Counted from the first letter of the stretch, positions 8,299 to 15,473 are shown. The stretch is DNA of 42,936 nucleotides from a virus (IMGVR_UViG_3300032319_000014:1-42936), one strand, 5' to 3'. The notes: generated from the letters alone by a model not told the origin. Numbers and translations: made by a program.

Positions 8299-9152
8299 GC
8301 GTTAGCCGGGTTTTTTAGTTGTTCGGCCATTTTATCCTCGCGCTTTGTGCGGTTCTCTGCTCCTTTTGCTGTTTCTACTGCAAACGTGAAGCAATCTTTC
8401 ATTCCGCGTAATGCGTAATAAACGATTGAGAACCTGTATGCATCCGGCGCTGTTTCTTGCATAGGTGTTACGCCATGCACATACTTGTATCCCGGGAAGA
8501 ATAAGACCCAGCCATCTCTGCACGCGCACGTTAGCGCGTATTCCGGGAAGTGTAAGTAACCCCCGCGCATGTTGCGTCGTACTACCGGCATTGCACTCCA
8601 TGTAGCGAAATTAAATCCGTCTCGGTGGTATGGCAGCGTTGAGGCTTTGTTTACTACTCCGCTTGTCCATAGCGCATCGTCTGTCATCTTCCATTCGTTG
8701 CTTATGCCGCTGGTCTCTAGCGTCTTCGCGTCAGCTTCGAATAGGTGCGGTGCAAATTCCTTAAACATTTCTCCGAACTTTTTTGCAAACGCTACCAATA
8801 CTGCATGCTCTTCCGGTTGTTCGTTAGCCAGCGTTGTAGTGCGGCAGCTTTCTCTGCGTTGAAATACTTTGCGCGGAGCCATGCCAAATGTCCGGGATTG
8901 GTTTTCCATTCCCGTACTTGCTCGCTTTGTAGTTCCGTATTTAATCCCCATGACCGAGCGCCGTAGCAGGTTTACTTCATCCTCCATCGGCATATACGCG
9001 AGGATTGGCTCCTCTGTTTCGTCGTCAATAAATAGCGCAGCGGTGCGGCAGTTAGGTTCTAAGTCCATTACCCTTACGCCGACTAATTCCGTTGCTTCCT
9101 CAGCGCTCATTACGCGCTTTACCCGAATTACCGGTAGGTCTGCTAATTTCAT
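8289..9152 (-). CDS. TET/JBP-family Fe(II)/2-oxoglutarate dioxygenase
   Basis: VNK...YHRD (HxD), GGYLHFPEY, VHGVTP (distal His), RFSIVYY (2OG-binding Arg). Confidence 0.88.
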   Translation of the reverse strand: MKLADLPVIRVKRVMSAEEATELVGVRVMDLEPNCRTAALFIDDETEEPILAYMPMEDEVNLLRRSVMGIKYGTTKRASTGMENQSRTFGMAPRKVFQRRESCRTTTLANEQPEEHAVLVAFAKKFGEMFKEFAPHLFEADAKTLETSGISNEWKMTDDALWTSGVVNKASTLPYHRDGFNFATWSAMPVVRRNMRGGYLHFPEYALTCACRDGWVLFFPGYKYVHGVTPMQETAPDAYRFSIVYYALRGMKDCFTFAVETAKGAENRTKREDKMAEQLKNPANAWE

Positions 9153-9784
9153 TTGGGAGCCGTTTCGCCGTAGTTTTCTTCCAGCAATTTTACCAGCGCG
9201 TCGGAGTTGCTTTGCGCCCCGCTCTTTAGGCGTTGCTTTCCCAGCTGCTCAATAGTCCAGATATAGACATGGTTTTCTAATTCCACCATGAATACCTTTG
9301 TATCTACCGCCTTGTATCTCTCTGCCAATCCTTCAATCTGCCCTGCAATCTCGTCTAGGCTGTTAGTTTTGATTGCCTCTTTGACGCTCGGCGTTTTTTC
9401 TTCTTCAATCTTTGCCAATACATCATCGAATTCATCATCGCCATATCCGGTATGTTCGAGGTTATCCAGCCGTTCCAGCAATTCTAACAACGCGTTATTG
9501 TCGTATCCGCTGAGGTCGCTCGTTCTATTGTCTATCAACACAATCTTTGCCGCTGTCTCCGGGTCTGCCTCAATATACGTTACGTCAATCTCTTTCCACC
9601 CGAGCGATTTTGCAGCTGCGTATGTGTGGTTACCGACCAGTATTTCATTATTTACACTATTGACTACTATCGGTTTATATTGCCCGTATTCCGTTAATGA
9701 TTCAGCAATTAGTTTTACGTCGCCTTTGCGTGGGTTTTTAGGGTAAGGCTTAAGTGTATCTACCGCTACTTTTACTGCGTTCAT
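9149..9784 (-). CDS. ParB/Srx-like domain protein (paralogue 2)
   Basis: LKPYPKNPR, YGQYKPIVV, ILVGNHT..AA..LGW, DNRTSD. Confidence 0.88.
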   Translation of the reverse strand: MNAVKVAVDTLKPYPKNPRKGDVKLIAESLTEYGQYKPIVVNSVNNEILVGNHTYAAAKSLGWKEIDVTYIEADPETAAKIVLIDNRTSDLSGYDNNALLELLERLDNLEHTGYGDDEFDDVLAKIEEEKTPSVKEAIKTNSLDEIAGQIEGLAERYKAVDTKVFMVELENHVYIWTIEQLGKQRLKSGAQSNSDALVKLLEENYGETAPK

Positions 9785-10392
9785 TCCGGCGCTTCCTCTC
9801 CTGAAATCTTCTCTATAAGTCGTATTAGCGCTTCGGTATTAGTGCCGAGGTCGTTCTCATTTCTAAATTGTTCCAGCTTCTCCGCAACCCATGTATATTG
9901 CACTTTTTCATAATCAAACATAATAATTCTTGTAGTCCGGTCATTGAGGCTTTCCTGCCATTCGTGCAACGTCTTACCCATTACCGTATTACGTAGCGTA
10001 CTTTCCGGTGCGTCAAATAATTCTTTGAGTCCGCGTAGGTCTTTATCTGTATACCCGGTCATGTTTATATCTGTTAATGAATCTAGCAATCCGTAGAGCG
10101 CTCCGTCGTCGTAGCCTCCCGCGTCGCTAGTCCGGTTATCCATCAGCACAATCTTTGCGGCTGTGTTTGCGTCTACGTCTACGTATGTTGCTGCAATCGT
10201 AGGCCAACCGAGTTTGAGCGCAGCTTGGTAAGTGTGATTACCCGCCAATATTTCGTTAGTGCGTTTATTGACTGTAATTGGTTTGTATTGGCCGTATGTT
10301 TCTAGGCTTTCTGCAATTAAATCTATATTGCCTTTACGCGGGTTATTCGGATAAGGCTTTAGCGTTATTAGCGCCACTTCTTGTATCTGCAT
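9781..10392 (-). CDS. ParB/Srx-like domain protein (paralogue 1)
   Basis: LKPYPNNPR, YGQYKPI, ILAGNHT, DNRTSD; alignable to 9149..9784 along most of its length. Confidence 0.88.
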   Translation of the reverse strand: MQIQEVALITLKPYPNNPRKGNIDLIAESLETYGQYKPITVNKRTNEILAGNHTYQAALKLGWPTIAATYVDVDANTAAKIVLMDNRTSDAGGYDDGALYGLLDSLTDINMTGYTDKDLRGLKELFDAPESTLRNTVMGKTLHEWQESLNDRTTRIIMFDYEKVQYTWVAEKLEQFRNENDLGTNTEALIRLIEKISGEEAPE

Positions 10393-10594
10393 TTGAGGCC
10401 TCCGACTCTAACCTTAGCAAGAATTCTGCTTCCTGTGTAATCTCAAGACGCGCGTCTAATAAATCATCTAATGCTGACAATAATATGTTTCTTCGCTCCC
10501 GTTCCATACCCGGTAGAGCCAGCATATTTTGTACGTGGCTCATCGCTTCATCTAGGTCTTCTAGCGAAACTAATTCCGGTATGACGATAGCCAT
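10343..10594 (-). CDS. Hypothetical helical protein
   Basis: 83 aa ORF in operon; LDDLLDARL motif. Confidence 0.6.
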   Translation of the reverse strand: MAIVIPELVSLEDLDEAMSHVQNMLALPGMERERRNILLSALDDLLDARLEITQEAEFLLRLESEASNADTRSGANNAKALSE

Positions 10595-10603
10595 ACCGAT
10601 AGA

Positions 10604-10804
10604 TTAGCGTTGCTTACGCAGTTCGCGCTTGGCCTTGTATGCCTCTACTTCGGCGCGCTCGTAATACACATTACGCCATTCCCTGCGCTTCCATTGCAGC
10701 GTTTTGCGGTGTTGAATCTGCCGTAGATTGTTAATCGTAATTCCGAGGTATTCGGCTACCTGTTGAGAACTCATTTCTGTGAATTCGACTTCTTTGATTA
10801 CCAT
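10604..10804 (-). CDS. Excisionase/MerR-like HTH DNA-binding protein
   Basis: MSSQQVAEYLGITINNLRQ...YYERAEVEAY. Confidence 0.75.
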   Translation of the reverse strand: MVIKEVEFTEMSSQQVAEYLGITINNLRQIQHRKTLQWKRREWRNVYYERAEVEAYKAKRELRKQR

Positions 10805-11175
10805 GAAGGCATTTCTACCTTCTCTTCGACGTATTTAGTCTTTGCAGCTTGCGACTTGGCTATTCGTGCAATCTCTGTTCCGGTAATTTCGAGGCCGGTT
10901 ACTGTCTTGCCGTCTTTGTTTGTATACGTACTTTGCGACAGCATTCCGGTCAATAAAACTGAGTCGCCCTTACTGTAGTTATCTACAATTCCCTCTGCTT
11001 TTGAGCCGAAAAATGTAACGCGATACCACATAGTTTCGCCGTCTTCCCACGCTTGCGAATTTTTGTTTTTCTTGCGCGGTGTATGCGCTACTGAGAAACT
11101 AGCAATAGCGAGGTCTCCCGCGAATTTAATCTCAGGCTCGCTTCCAATGTTGCCTTTAGTTGTTATGTTATTCAT
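10798..11175 (-). CDS. ssb: Single-stranded DNA-binding protein
   Basis: GNIGSEPE, FSVA, TMWYRVTFFG..AE, KGDSVLLTG, C-terminal EMPSW. Confidence 0.93.
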   Translation of the reverse strand: MNNITTKGNIGSEPEIKFAGDLAIASFSVAHTPRKKNKNSQAWEDGETMWYRVTFFGSKAEGIVDNYSKGDSVLLTGMLSQSTYTNKDGKTVTGLEITGTEIARIAKSQAAKTKYVEEKVEMPSW

Positions 11176-11506
11176 GCGCCTTCTCCTCTAAGTATTTAAT
11201 ACTTCCGTCGTCTAATAGTAATGCGAATCCCGCATTACACAAATTAATTGGCTGCTCATGCGGCTCTTGCCAGCTCGGTGTCATGTATCCGTTTTGCTCC
11301 GCCCATTCCGGGTTTAGGTGCACACTCTCTGTCTTCATGTTATGGCACCCATGATGAATCGAAATTAGATTAGCCGCTGAGTCTTTGCCCCCTCTTGACT
11401 TTAATTTTCTATGGTGTAGCGCCATGCTTTCGCCGGCTTTTCTGCCACACACTTCGCAATACCCGTTAGCGCGTTCTTGGACAATCCTCACTAGGCGTTT
11501 GTCCAT
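11168..11506 (-). CDS. HNH endonuclease-like protein
   Basis: CEVCG..HHRKLKSRGG..NL..CH..H. Confidence 0.85.
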   Translation of the reverse strand: MDKRLVRIVQERANGYCEVCGRKAGESMALHHRKLKSRGGKDSAANLISIHHGCHNMKTESVHLNPEWAEQNGYMTPSWQEPHEQPINLCNAGFALLLDDGSIKYLEEKAHE

Positions 11507-11515
11507 CGCTGCTCC

Positions 11516-11941
11516 TCAATACCATGCGTTACCCTTCCGGGATTGCGCTTGCCAAAATTCCCACGCCCTGCAAGGTGTGTTGTAACGCTTTGTTATGTAG
11601 CGTAATCCGGCCGTAATCTGAATACTAGCCGCTTTTGGTTTGTAAGGGTAGTTGTAATTATCCCATGTCTGAGGCATAAATTGAGCAATACCGAACGCGC
11701 CCGATGACTTATTATGAGCCTTCGGGTTCCAATGGCTTTCATGCTCCCACAGTTGCTCTAGGCAGCTGTATTCGCGTTTGCTCTTCCATTGATTCATTAC
11801 CAGCGCGTGCGCGTATTGCTTCGGGTTAATCTGCGCTAGTTGTTCCACAGTCACCGTTAGCGGTATTGCAACGCCGGGTATAAATGAATGGCAAAGTCCA
11901 ACCAATATGGCCGTTACGAGGACTTTACCCCGTAATCCTAT
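11516..11941 (-). CDS. SLT-type lytic transglycosylase with N-terminal signal (start uncertain: TTG 11905 or ATA 11941)
   Basis: CL..LWEHESHWNP.A.N.SSGAFGIAQF...GLRYI..RY.TPC.AW..WY. Confidence 0.88.
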   Translation of the reverse strand: MGLRGKVLVTAILVGLCHSFIPGVAIPLTVTVEQLAQINPKQYAHALVMNQWKSKREYSCLEQLWEHESHWNPKAHNKSSGAFGIAQFMPQTWDNYNYPYKPKAASIQITAGLRYITKRYNTPCRAWEFWQAQSRKGNAWY

Positions 11942-12042
11942 ACCTCTGCCTTCCGCCCTTTCTTACAGGCTTCGCAGAGTTGTTCTCCGTAGTGCCATGC
12001 GCCGTAAGCGCACCGGTTAATCATTTTGTCATTGCTATTCAT
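11938..12042 (-). CDS. 34-aa Cys/His microprotein (not in ORF track)
   Basis: MNSNDKMINRCAYGAWHYGEQLCEACKKGRKAEV; AAGGGG SD. Confidence 0.55.
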   Translation of the reverse strand: MNSNDKMINRCAYGAWHYGEQLCEACKKGRKAEV

Positions 12043-12080
12043 TTTCGTTCCCCTTTGCGGTGATAGCGAATAGTGCATAA

Positions 12081-12139
12081 ATTCTATCTGTAATTTTAGG
12101 TTTAGCGGCCGAGTCGAAAGGTGTTCCCCGGCCGCTAAA
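12081..12139 (-). promoter_or_regulatory. 11-bp hairpin followed by candidate -10 TAGAAT
   Basis: TTTAGCGGCCG/CGGCCGCTAAA inverted repeat at 12101-12139; TAGAAT at 12081-12086 (minus). Confidence 0.55.
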
Positions 12140-12210
12140 GGGAGCGCAGTACCGGCTAGGCGTGGATTAGGGCTGCCATTATGACCGGACTTAGCGGAAT
12201 GAACGCCGCT

Positions 12211-12447
12211 TTAACGCTCGATTGTCCTAAATTGCTCTTCCTGTATTTCTCTTTCTTCAATCTCTTTTCTCAGCTTGCTGACGAGGTATTGCTCTTCGGC
12301 CGGCATTAAAAACGACTCCAATACGCTATCTAGGTTTACCAATACCGCCCACATCAGGCCGGCATCTTTGCTGCGCGCGCCCTTGCGAAGCATCTTTGCA
12401 GAGGTAATCATAAATTCACGTATCATTGGGTCGTAATCTTTTTTCAT
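12211..12447 (-). CDS. Hypothetical protein
   Basis: MKKDYDPMIREF...; ATGA overlap with the upstream gene supports a start at 12447. Confidence 0.65.
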   Translation of the reverse strand: MKKDYDPMIREFMITSAKMLRKGARSKDAGLMWAVLVNLDSVLESFLMPAEEQYLVSKLRKEIEEREIQEEQFRTIER

Positions 12448-12716
12448 TGGACTTTTCTTGCTCCTTCGGGTGCTAGTTCCCACATCGCCGAGTTTAGCGC
12501 TTCATAGTCCAGTTGCGCTGAAATCCAGTTGATACGGTCAGGCGTTTTCTGTGTGTCTAATCCTGAGTCCGCACAGAAATCTATGTATGGCCGCTTGCCT
12601 TTGTAATCCTTCATGAACGCTACCGCCGCTTTATAGGTCGGGTAATCGTTACCTATATGTAGCATTACGTTCCAGCTTGCGTAATTCTTCCAGCCGTTAT
12701 ATGTCTCTTCACTCAT
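12444..12716 (-). CDS. Conserved phage hypothetical protein (YNGWxNY type)
   Basis: MSEETYNGWKNYASWNV..TPD; start trimmed to the ATG just after the upstream stop. Confidence 0.75.
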   Translation of the reverse strand: MSEETYNGWKNYASWNVMLHIGNDYPTYKAAVAFMKDYKGKRPYIDFCADSGLDTQKTPDRINWISAQLDYEALNSAMWELAPEGARKVQ

Positions 12717-12717
12717 C

Positions 12718-13212
12718 TTAGCGCCCCGTAACTGAATAGCGGTATGAGGCTTCGTCTTCTTTGCGCTGGTCGTTTTCTTCCGGCTCCGGAATGTTGAGTG
12801 CCTCCGTAGCCTCCGTATGGCAGCATGGCGTAATAGCAAATTCGTTTGCTACGTCGTATAGCAGCTCTGTAATCTCCCATTTGTTTTTACCTTGATTGCA
12901 CCAACCGCATTCGAATCTGTCTGTGATTTCTACATATTGAATCTTCGCGAATTGCGCTGCTTCGGCGATTGTTATTTTCCGATGTTTGTTGCAATCGTCT
13001 GAGCAGCTTTTGATTTCCCATTTGACGCATAGCGAGCAAGGGCAAATGAGGTTATGGTTAATCGGTGTCCGGACTATGCCAATCGCTTGGCTCAATCCTT
13101 CTAAATAACTGAATGGGACTGTCATGCCGAATTCCGGGTGAATCTTTGTTTGTATAAATGCTTCTATTTCTGCGCCGATTTTTTCTCTCAGGTCAATCTC
13201 TTCGCGTTTCAT
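12718..13212 (-). CDS. Cys-rich hypothetical protein
   Basis: 164 aa with CPCSLC, CSDDC, CGWC and TPCC. Confidence 0.65.
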   Translation of the reverse strand: MKREEIDLREKIGAEIEAFIQTKIHPEFGMTVPFSYLEGLSQAIGIVRTPINHNLICPCSLCVKWEIKSCSDDCNKHRKITIAEAAQFAKIQYVEITDRFECGWCNQGKNKWEITELLYDVANEFAITPCCHTEATEALNIPEPEENDQRKEDEASYRYSVTGR

Positions 13213-13394
13213 TACTTGCCTCCCTTGATTACTTCGTCAATCATCTTTGAGCAGCTGCCGTAGCCGAGAGCGTTACCGCCTTCACCGACGTAGCATGTAT
13301 CCCTAGTTGCGTATGTAAACAGGCTGAGCAGGAGCGCTAGGGCTATTCCTGCCACAATTCTGCGTCGTATAACGTACTTGCGTTCCATTTTCAT
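13212..13394 (-). CDS. Small membrane-anchored protein
   Basis: KYVIRRR followed by a TM helix and two Cys. Confidence 0.7.
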   Translation of the reverse strand: MKMERKYVIRRRIVAGIALALLLSLFTYATRDTCYVGEGGNALGYGSCSKMIDEVIKGGK

Positions 13395-13486
13395 TTGTCG
13401 CCTTTCTTAATGATTTCATCATGCATAAATAATCCGATTAGAGCCAACGCCGCAATAGGCGCTCCGGCTAATAACAATATCCACAT
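13391..13486 (-). CDS. 31-aa membrane peptide (not in ORF track)
   Basis: MWILLLAGAPIAALALIGLFMHDEIIKKGDK; abuts both neighbours. Confidence 0.6.
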   Translation of the reverse strand: MWILLLAGAPIAALALIGLFMHDEIIKKGDK

Positions 13487-13630
13487 TTACTTTGCCTTAC
13501 AGTCATGGCCGTAAGCCCATTCGTTAGCGTCTTTGTCTTTAGTTAAATCGAATACGCGTGAGCATTCCGGGCATTTTGCCTTAGTTTTAATAATGACAAT
13601 CCCTTTGCCGTCGTCAATGAATCTACTCAT
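13487..13630 (-). CDS. 47-aa Zn-finger microprotein with N-terminal RFIDDGKGIV motif (not in ORF track)
   Basis: MSRFIDDGKGIVIIKTKAKCPECSRVFDLTKDKDANEWAYGHDCKAK; ATGA coupling and GAGG SD. Confidence 0.75.
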   Translation of the reverse strand: MSRFIDDGKGIVIIKTKAKCPECSRVFDLTKDKDANEWAYGHDCKAK

Positions 13631-13986
13631 CGTGCGTACCATGCCTCTACTGTTGCGGCGTTAAGCGCGCCGCGATGTCCTGCTAACGCTAGGCGTACTG
13701 CATCTACCGCGTTTTGTGAGTACCCGCCGATGTTCCATTTAATTACTTTGTCAGCTGGGAATACTTCGTCGTATTTCCAATCGTAAATGTTTGCTGTAGT
13801 ACCCAATACTTCGGGTTGCACTTGGATAAATACTCCCCAATTATGAAATACCTTGTAGCCGTCATCGCCGTTACCCGGCGTTCCGAATACTTCGGTTAAT
13901 TCGGCGCGTGTAGCATAAACATAACCTTGTAGGCAGCTGCCAGCGATTTCTGTAGTGCGTTTGATTTTAATTGTAAGAGTAGTCAT
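13627..13986 (-). CDS. Conserved phage hypothetical early protein
   Basis: LQGY..L.EVFG.P..KV..W..IYDWK..WNIGG. Confidence 0.75.
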   Translation of the reverse strand: MTTLTIKIKRTTEIAGSCLQGYVYATRAELTEVFGTPGNGDDGYKVFHNWGVFIQVQPEVLGTTANIYDWKYDEVFPADKVIKWNIGGYSQNAVDAVRLALAGHRGALNAATVEAWYAR

Positions 13987-14168
13987 TAGTTTGCCTCCGT
14001 TTTATTTATTTTTTGTTCTAGCCATGCGATGTCTTCGTCTGCTCCGCTAAATTGACCCAATCGTTCAATCAACTTAATCAGCTGCGTTTTATCTTTCATC
14101 ATTAACTGTCGCACTCTTTCTGCGCGAATTGTTTTCATTGAGTCTAATAATTCTTTTTCTGTTCTCAT
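13986..14168 (-). CDS. Hypothetical protein
   Basis: 60 aa, TAATG-coupled on both sides. Confidence 0.7.
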   Translation of the reverse strand: MRTEKELLDSMKTIRAERVRQLMMKDKTQLIKLIERLGQFSGADEDIAWLEQKINKTEAN

Positions 14169-14368
14169 TAGAACGCCTCTCTATATCCGGCCGCTGCAAC
14201 CTCGGCTTTTGCAGTTTTATCGGAACGCGCAATAAACGCATTCCAACATTGGCGGCAAACGCCGACCTCCAACCAAATGAGGCCGTAGTCCGCGTGCTTA
14301 TAGGTTTTCCATGCGCGGTCGCAAGCAAATCCGCATTCGGTGCATTTAACGATTTCTACTGTAGCCAT
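14168..14368 (-). CDS. Zn-ribbon hypothetical protein (66 aa)
   Basis: MATVEIVKCTECG...CRQCW; start trimmed to the GGAGG-AACTAATG junction. Confidence 0.7.
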   Translation of the reverse strand: MATVEIVKCTECGFACDRAWKTYKHADYGLIWLEVGVCRQCWNAFIARSDKTAKAEVAAAGYREAF

Positions 14369-14547
14369 TAGTTTGCCTCCGCTTCGAACATTAAATACCA
14401 GCCATTTTCGTCGCCTTCGAATCTCCATGTACCGCCTATTGCTTTTTCGTTTAGACGGATTGCAGCGTTCCATGCTGACCGGTATGTTGCGTAATACATG
14501 GTTTCGCCTTTTTTGTTTTTGTAAATAATCTCTGTTGTATTAGTCAT
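14368..14547 (-). CDS. 59-aa hypothetical protein (not in ORF track)
   Basis: MTNTTEIIYKNKKGETMYYATYRSAWNAAIRLNEKAIGGTWRFEGDENGWYLMFEAEAN; fills the gap exactly between two junction repeats. Confidence 0.75.
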   Translation of the reverse strand: MTNTTEIIYKNKKGETMYYATYRSAWNAAIRLNEKAIGGTWRFEGDENGWYLMFEAEAN

Positions 14548-14996
14548 TAGTTAGCCTCCGCCATGAGTGAGCGCATTTCTGCGGCTGCTTCTTCGATTGC
14601 GTAATCGAGGTTATCGAGGTCAGCGATGTAACCAGCGCGGTATGAGTGATGAGTTTCTGCTTGCTCAATCTTGCCGCGCCATAATTCTTTAACGCCGTCA
14701 ATCTTGTATACGTGGTATCCGGCCTTTGACTTCATTGGTGTGATTACTGCGCCAGCTTTGATGATTGACTTGCTGAGAGCGTTTGCTGAGTAATTGTCGT
14801 CAAAAATTTTATTGAATAAATCTTGGCTAACTTCCTGCGCAACTGTTCCGGCTTCTTTGTCGAGAGTGATAATGTCTAATCCGCCGCCATCAACGTATAC
14901 TGCAAACTTGATTCGCTTGTAAGTAACGATTGTTGCTGTACGTGTTCCCTGTGTACCAAGTGCTAGTGCTGCTATTGTTTTTTCGTACTGTGTCAT
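14547..14996 (-). CDS. Hypothetical protein, first gene of putative early operon
   Basis: 149 aa, directly downstream of the repeated promoter. Confidence 0.75.
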   Translation of the reverse strand: MTQYEKTIAALALGTQGTRTATIVTYKRIKFAVYVDGGGLDIITLDKEAGTVAQEVSQDLFNKIFDDNYSANALSKSIIKAGAVITPMKSKAGYHVYKIDGVKELWRGKIEQAETHHSYRAGYIADLDNLDYAIEEAAAEMRSLMAEAN

Positions 14997-15015
14997 TTGT
15001 TTGCCCTTCGGTTGG

Positions 15016-15071
15016 GAGACCTTGCTGGTCTCTGTTAGGGCTAATTCTGCCTTACTGTTTGTAATTTGTCG
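15016..15071 (-). promoter_or_regulatory. Promoter repeat copy A plus 5' hairpin
   Basis: GCGACA-N17-CAGAAT; 35/40 identical to 19619-19658; hairpin GAGACC-AGCAA-GGTCTC; A-rich tract upstream (15086-15112). Confidence 0.75.
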
Positions 15072-15101
15072 CCCATTGTGCCAACTTTTTTTAATTTATT
15101 T

Positions 15102-15473
15102 TTATTTTTTTTCTACTCTAACTTCGAGTCCGGGAGTACCACCATAAATCTTCATGGCATGTATTTCAGTTACTTGTCCATCATCACCATAAGCGACTGA
15201 TGTAAGCGCATCCATCGCAGCTCTTGTCAGCTTGTCTAAATCCGGAGCCACACTTGGCTCTGCTCTTTTTACTGTTTTAAGTCGCGGCATAATAAATAGC
15301 AGCGTTAATTTCATCGCACCTTCTTCGGGTTTGCAGCCGGCTAGTGTTGCTTCCCACGCAATCGTGGAGCGCCATACCGCGAGCGCGCTACCTTGCGAGT
15401 GCAGCACTCTTCCGTTAATTACCTTCATGCTTCCTTGCGGAACCGGTAATCCATTTACTCTAAATTCAATCAC
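15102..15473 (-). CDS. rusA: RusA-like Holliday junction resolvase
   Basis: G.PVPQGS, PDLDKL.RA.MDAL..AY.DDGQV..K. Confidence 0.92.
   Translation of the reverse strand: MIEFRVNGLPVPQGSMKVINGRVLHSQGSALAVWRSTIAWEATLAGCKPEEGAMKLTLLFIMPRLKTVKRAEPSVAPDLDKLTRAAMDALTSVAYGDDGQVTEIHAMKIYGGTPGLEVRVEKK

Larger units (their letters stand above)
13984..14560 (-). repeat. Three copies of a 16-nt gene-junction motif CGGAGGC(A/T)AACTAATG
   Basis: 13984-13999 and 14366-14381 identical; 14545-14560 has one mismatch. Confidence 0.85.

Noticed and set aside
7240-9152. FIDD strings in the transferase, the TET and the 22191 ORF as further copies of the RFIDDGxGIV motif
   Set aside because: Only four residues match; the Arg and GxGIV are absent
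9149-10392. Plasmid-prophage ParABS partition system
   Set aside because: No ParA ATPase or parS-like array; proteins resemble terminase-associated ParB/Srx domains
10604-10804. Excisionase implying lysogeny
   Set aside because: No integrase, att site or repressor seen; generic HTH
12140-12210. Possible tRNA or structured ncRNA in intergenic gap
   Set aside because: Only short 5-bp stems; no cloverleaf, T-loop or CCA pattern
14369-14473. Track N-terminal extensions (14168..14473; also 12444..12839 and 14089..14328)
   Set aside because: They overlap better-supported coupled genes with clear SD and TAATG/ATGA junctions
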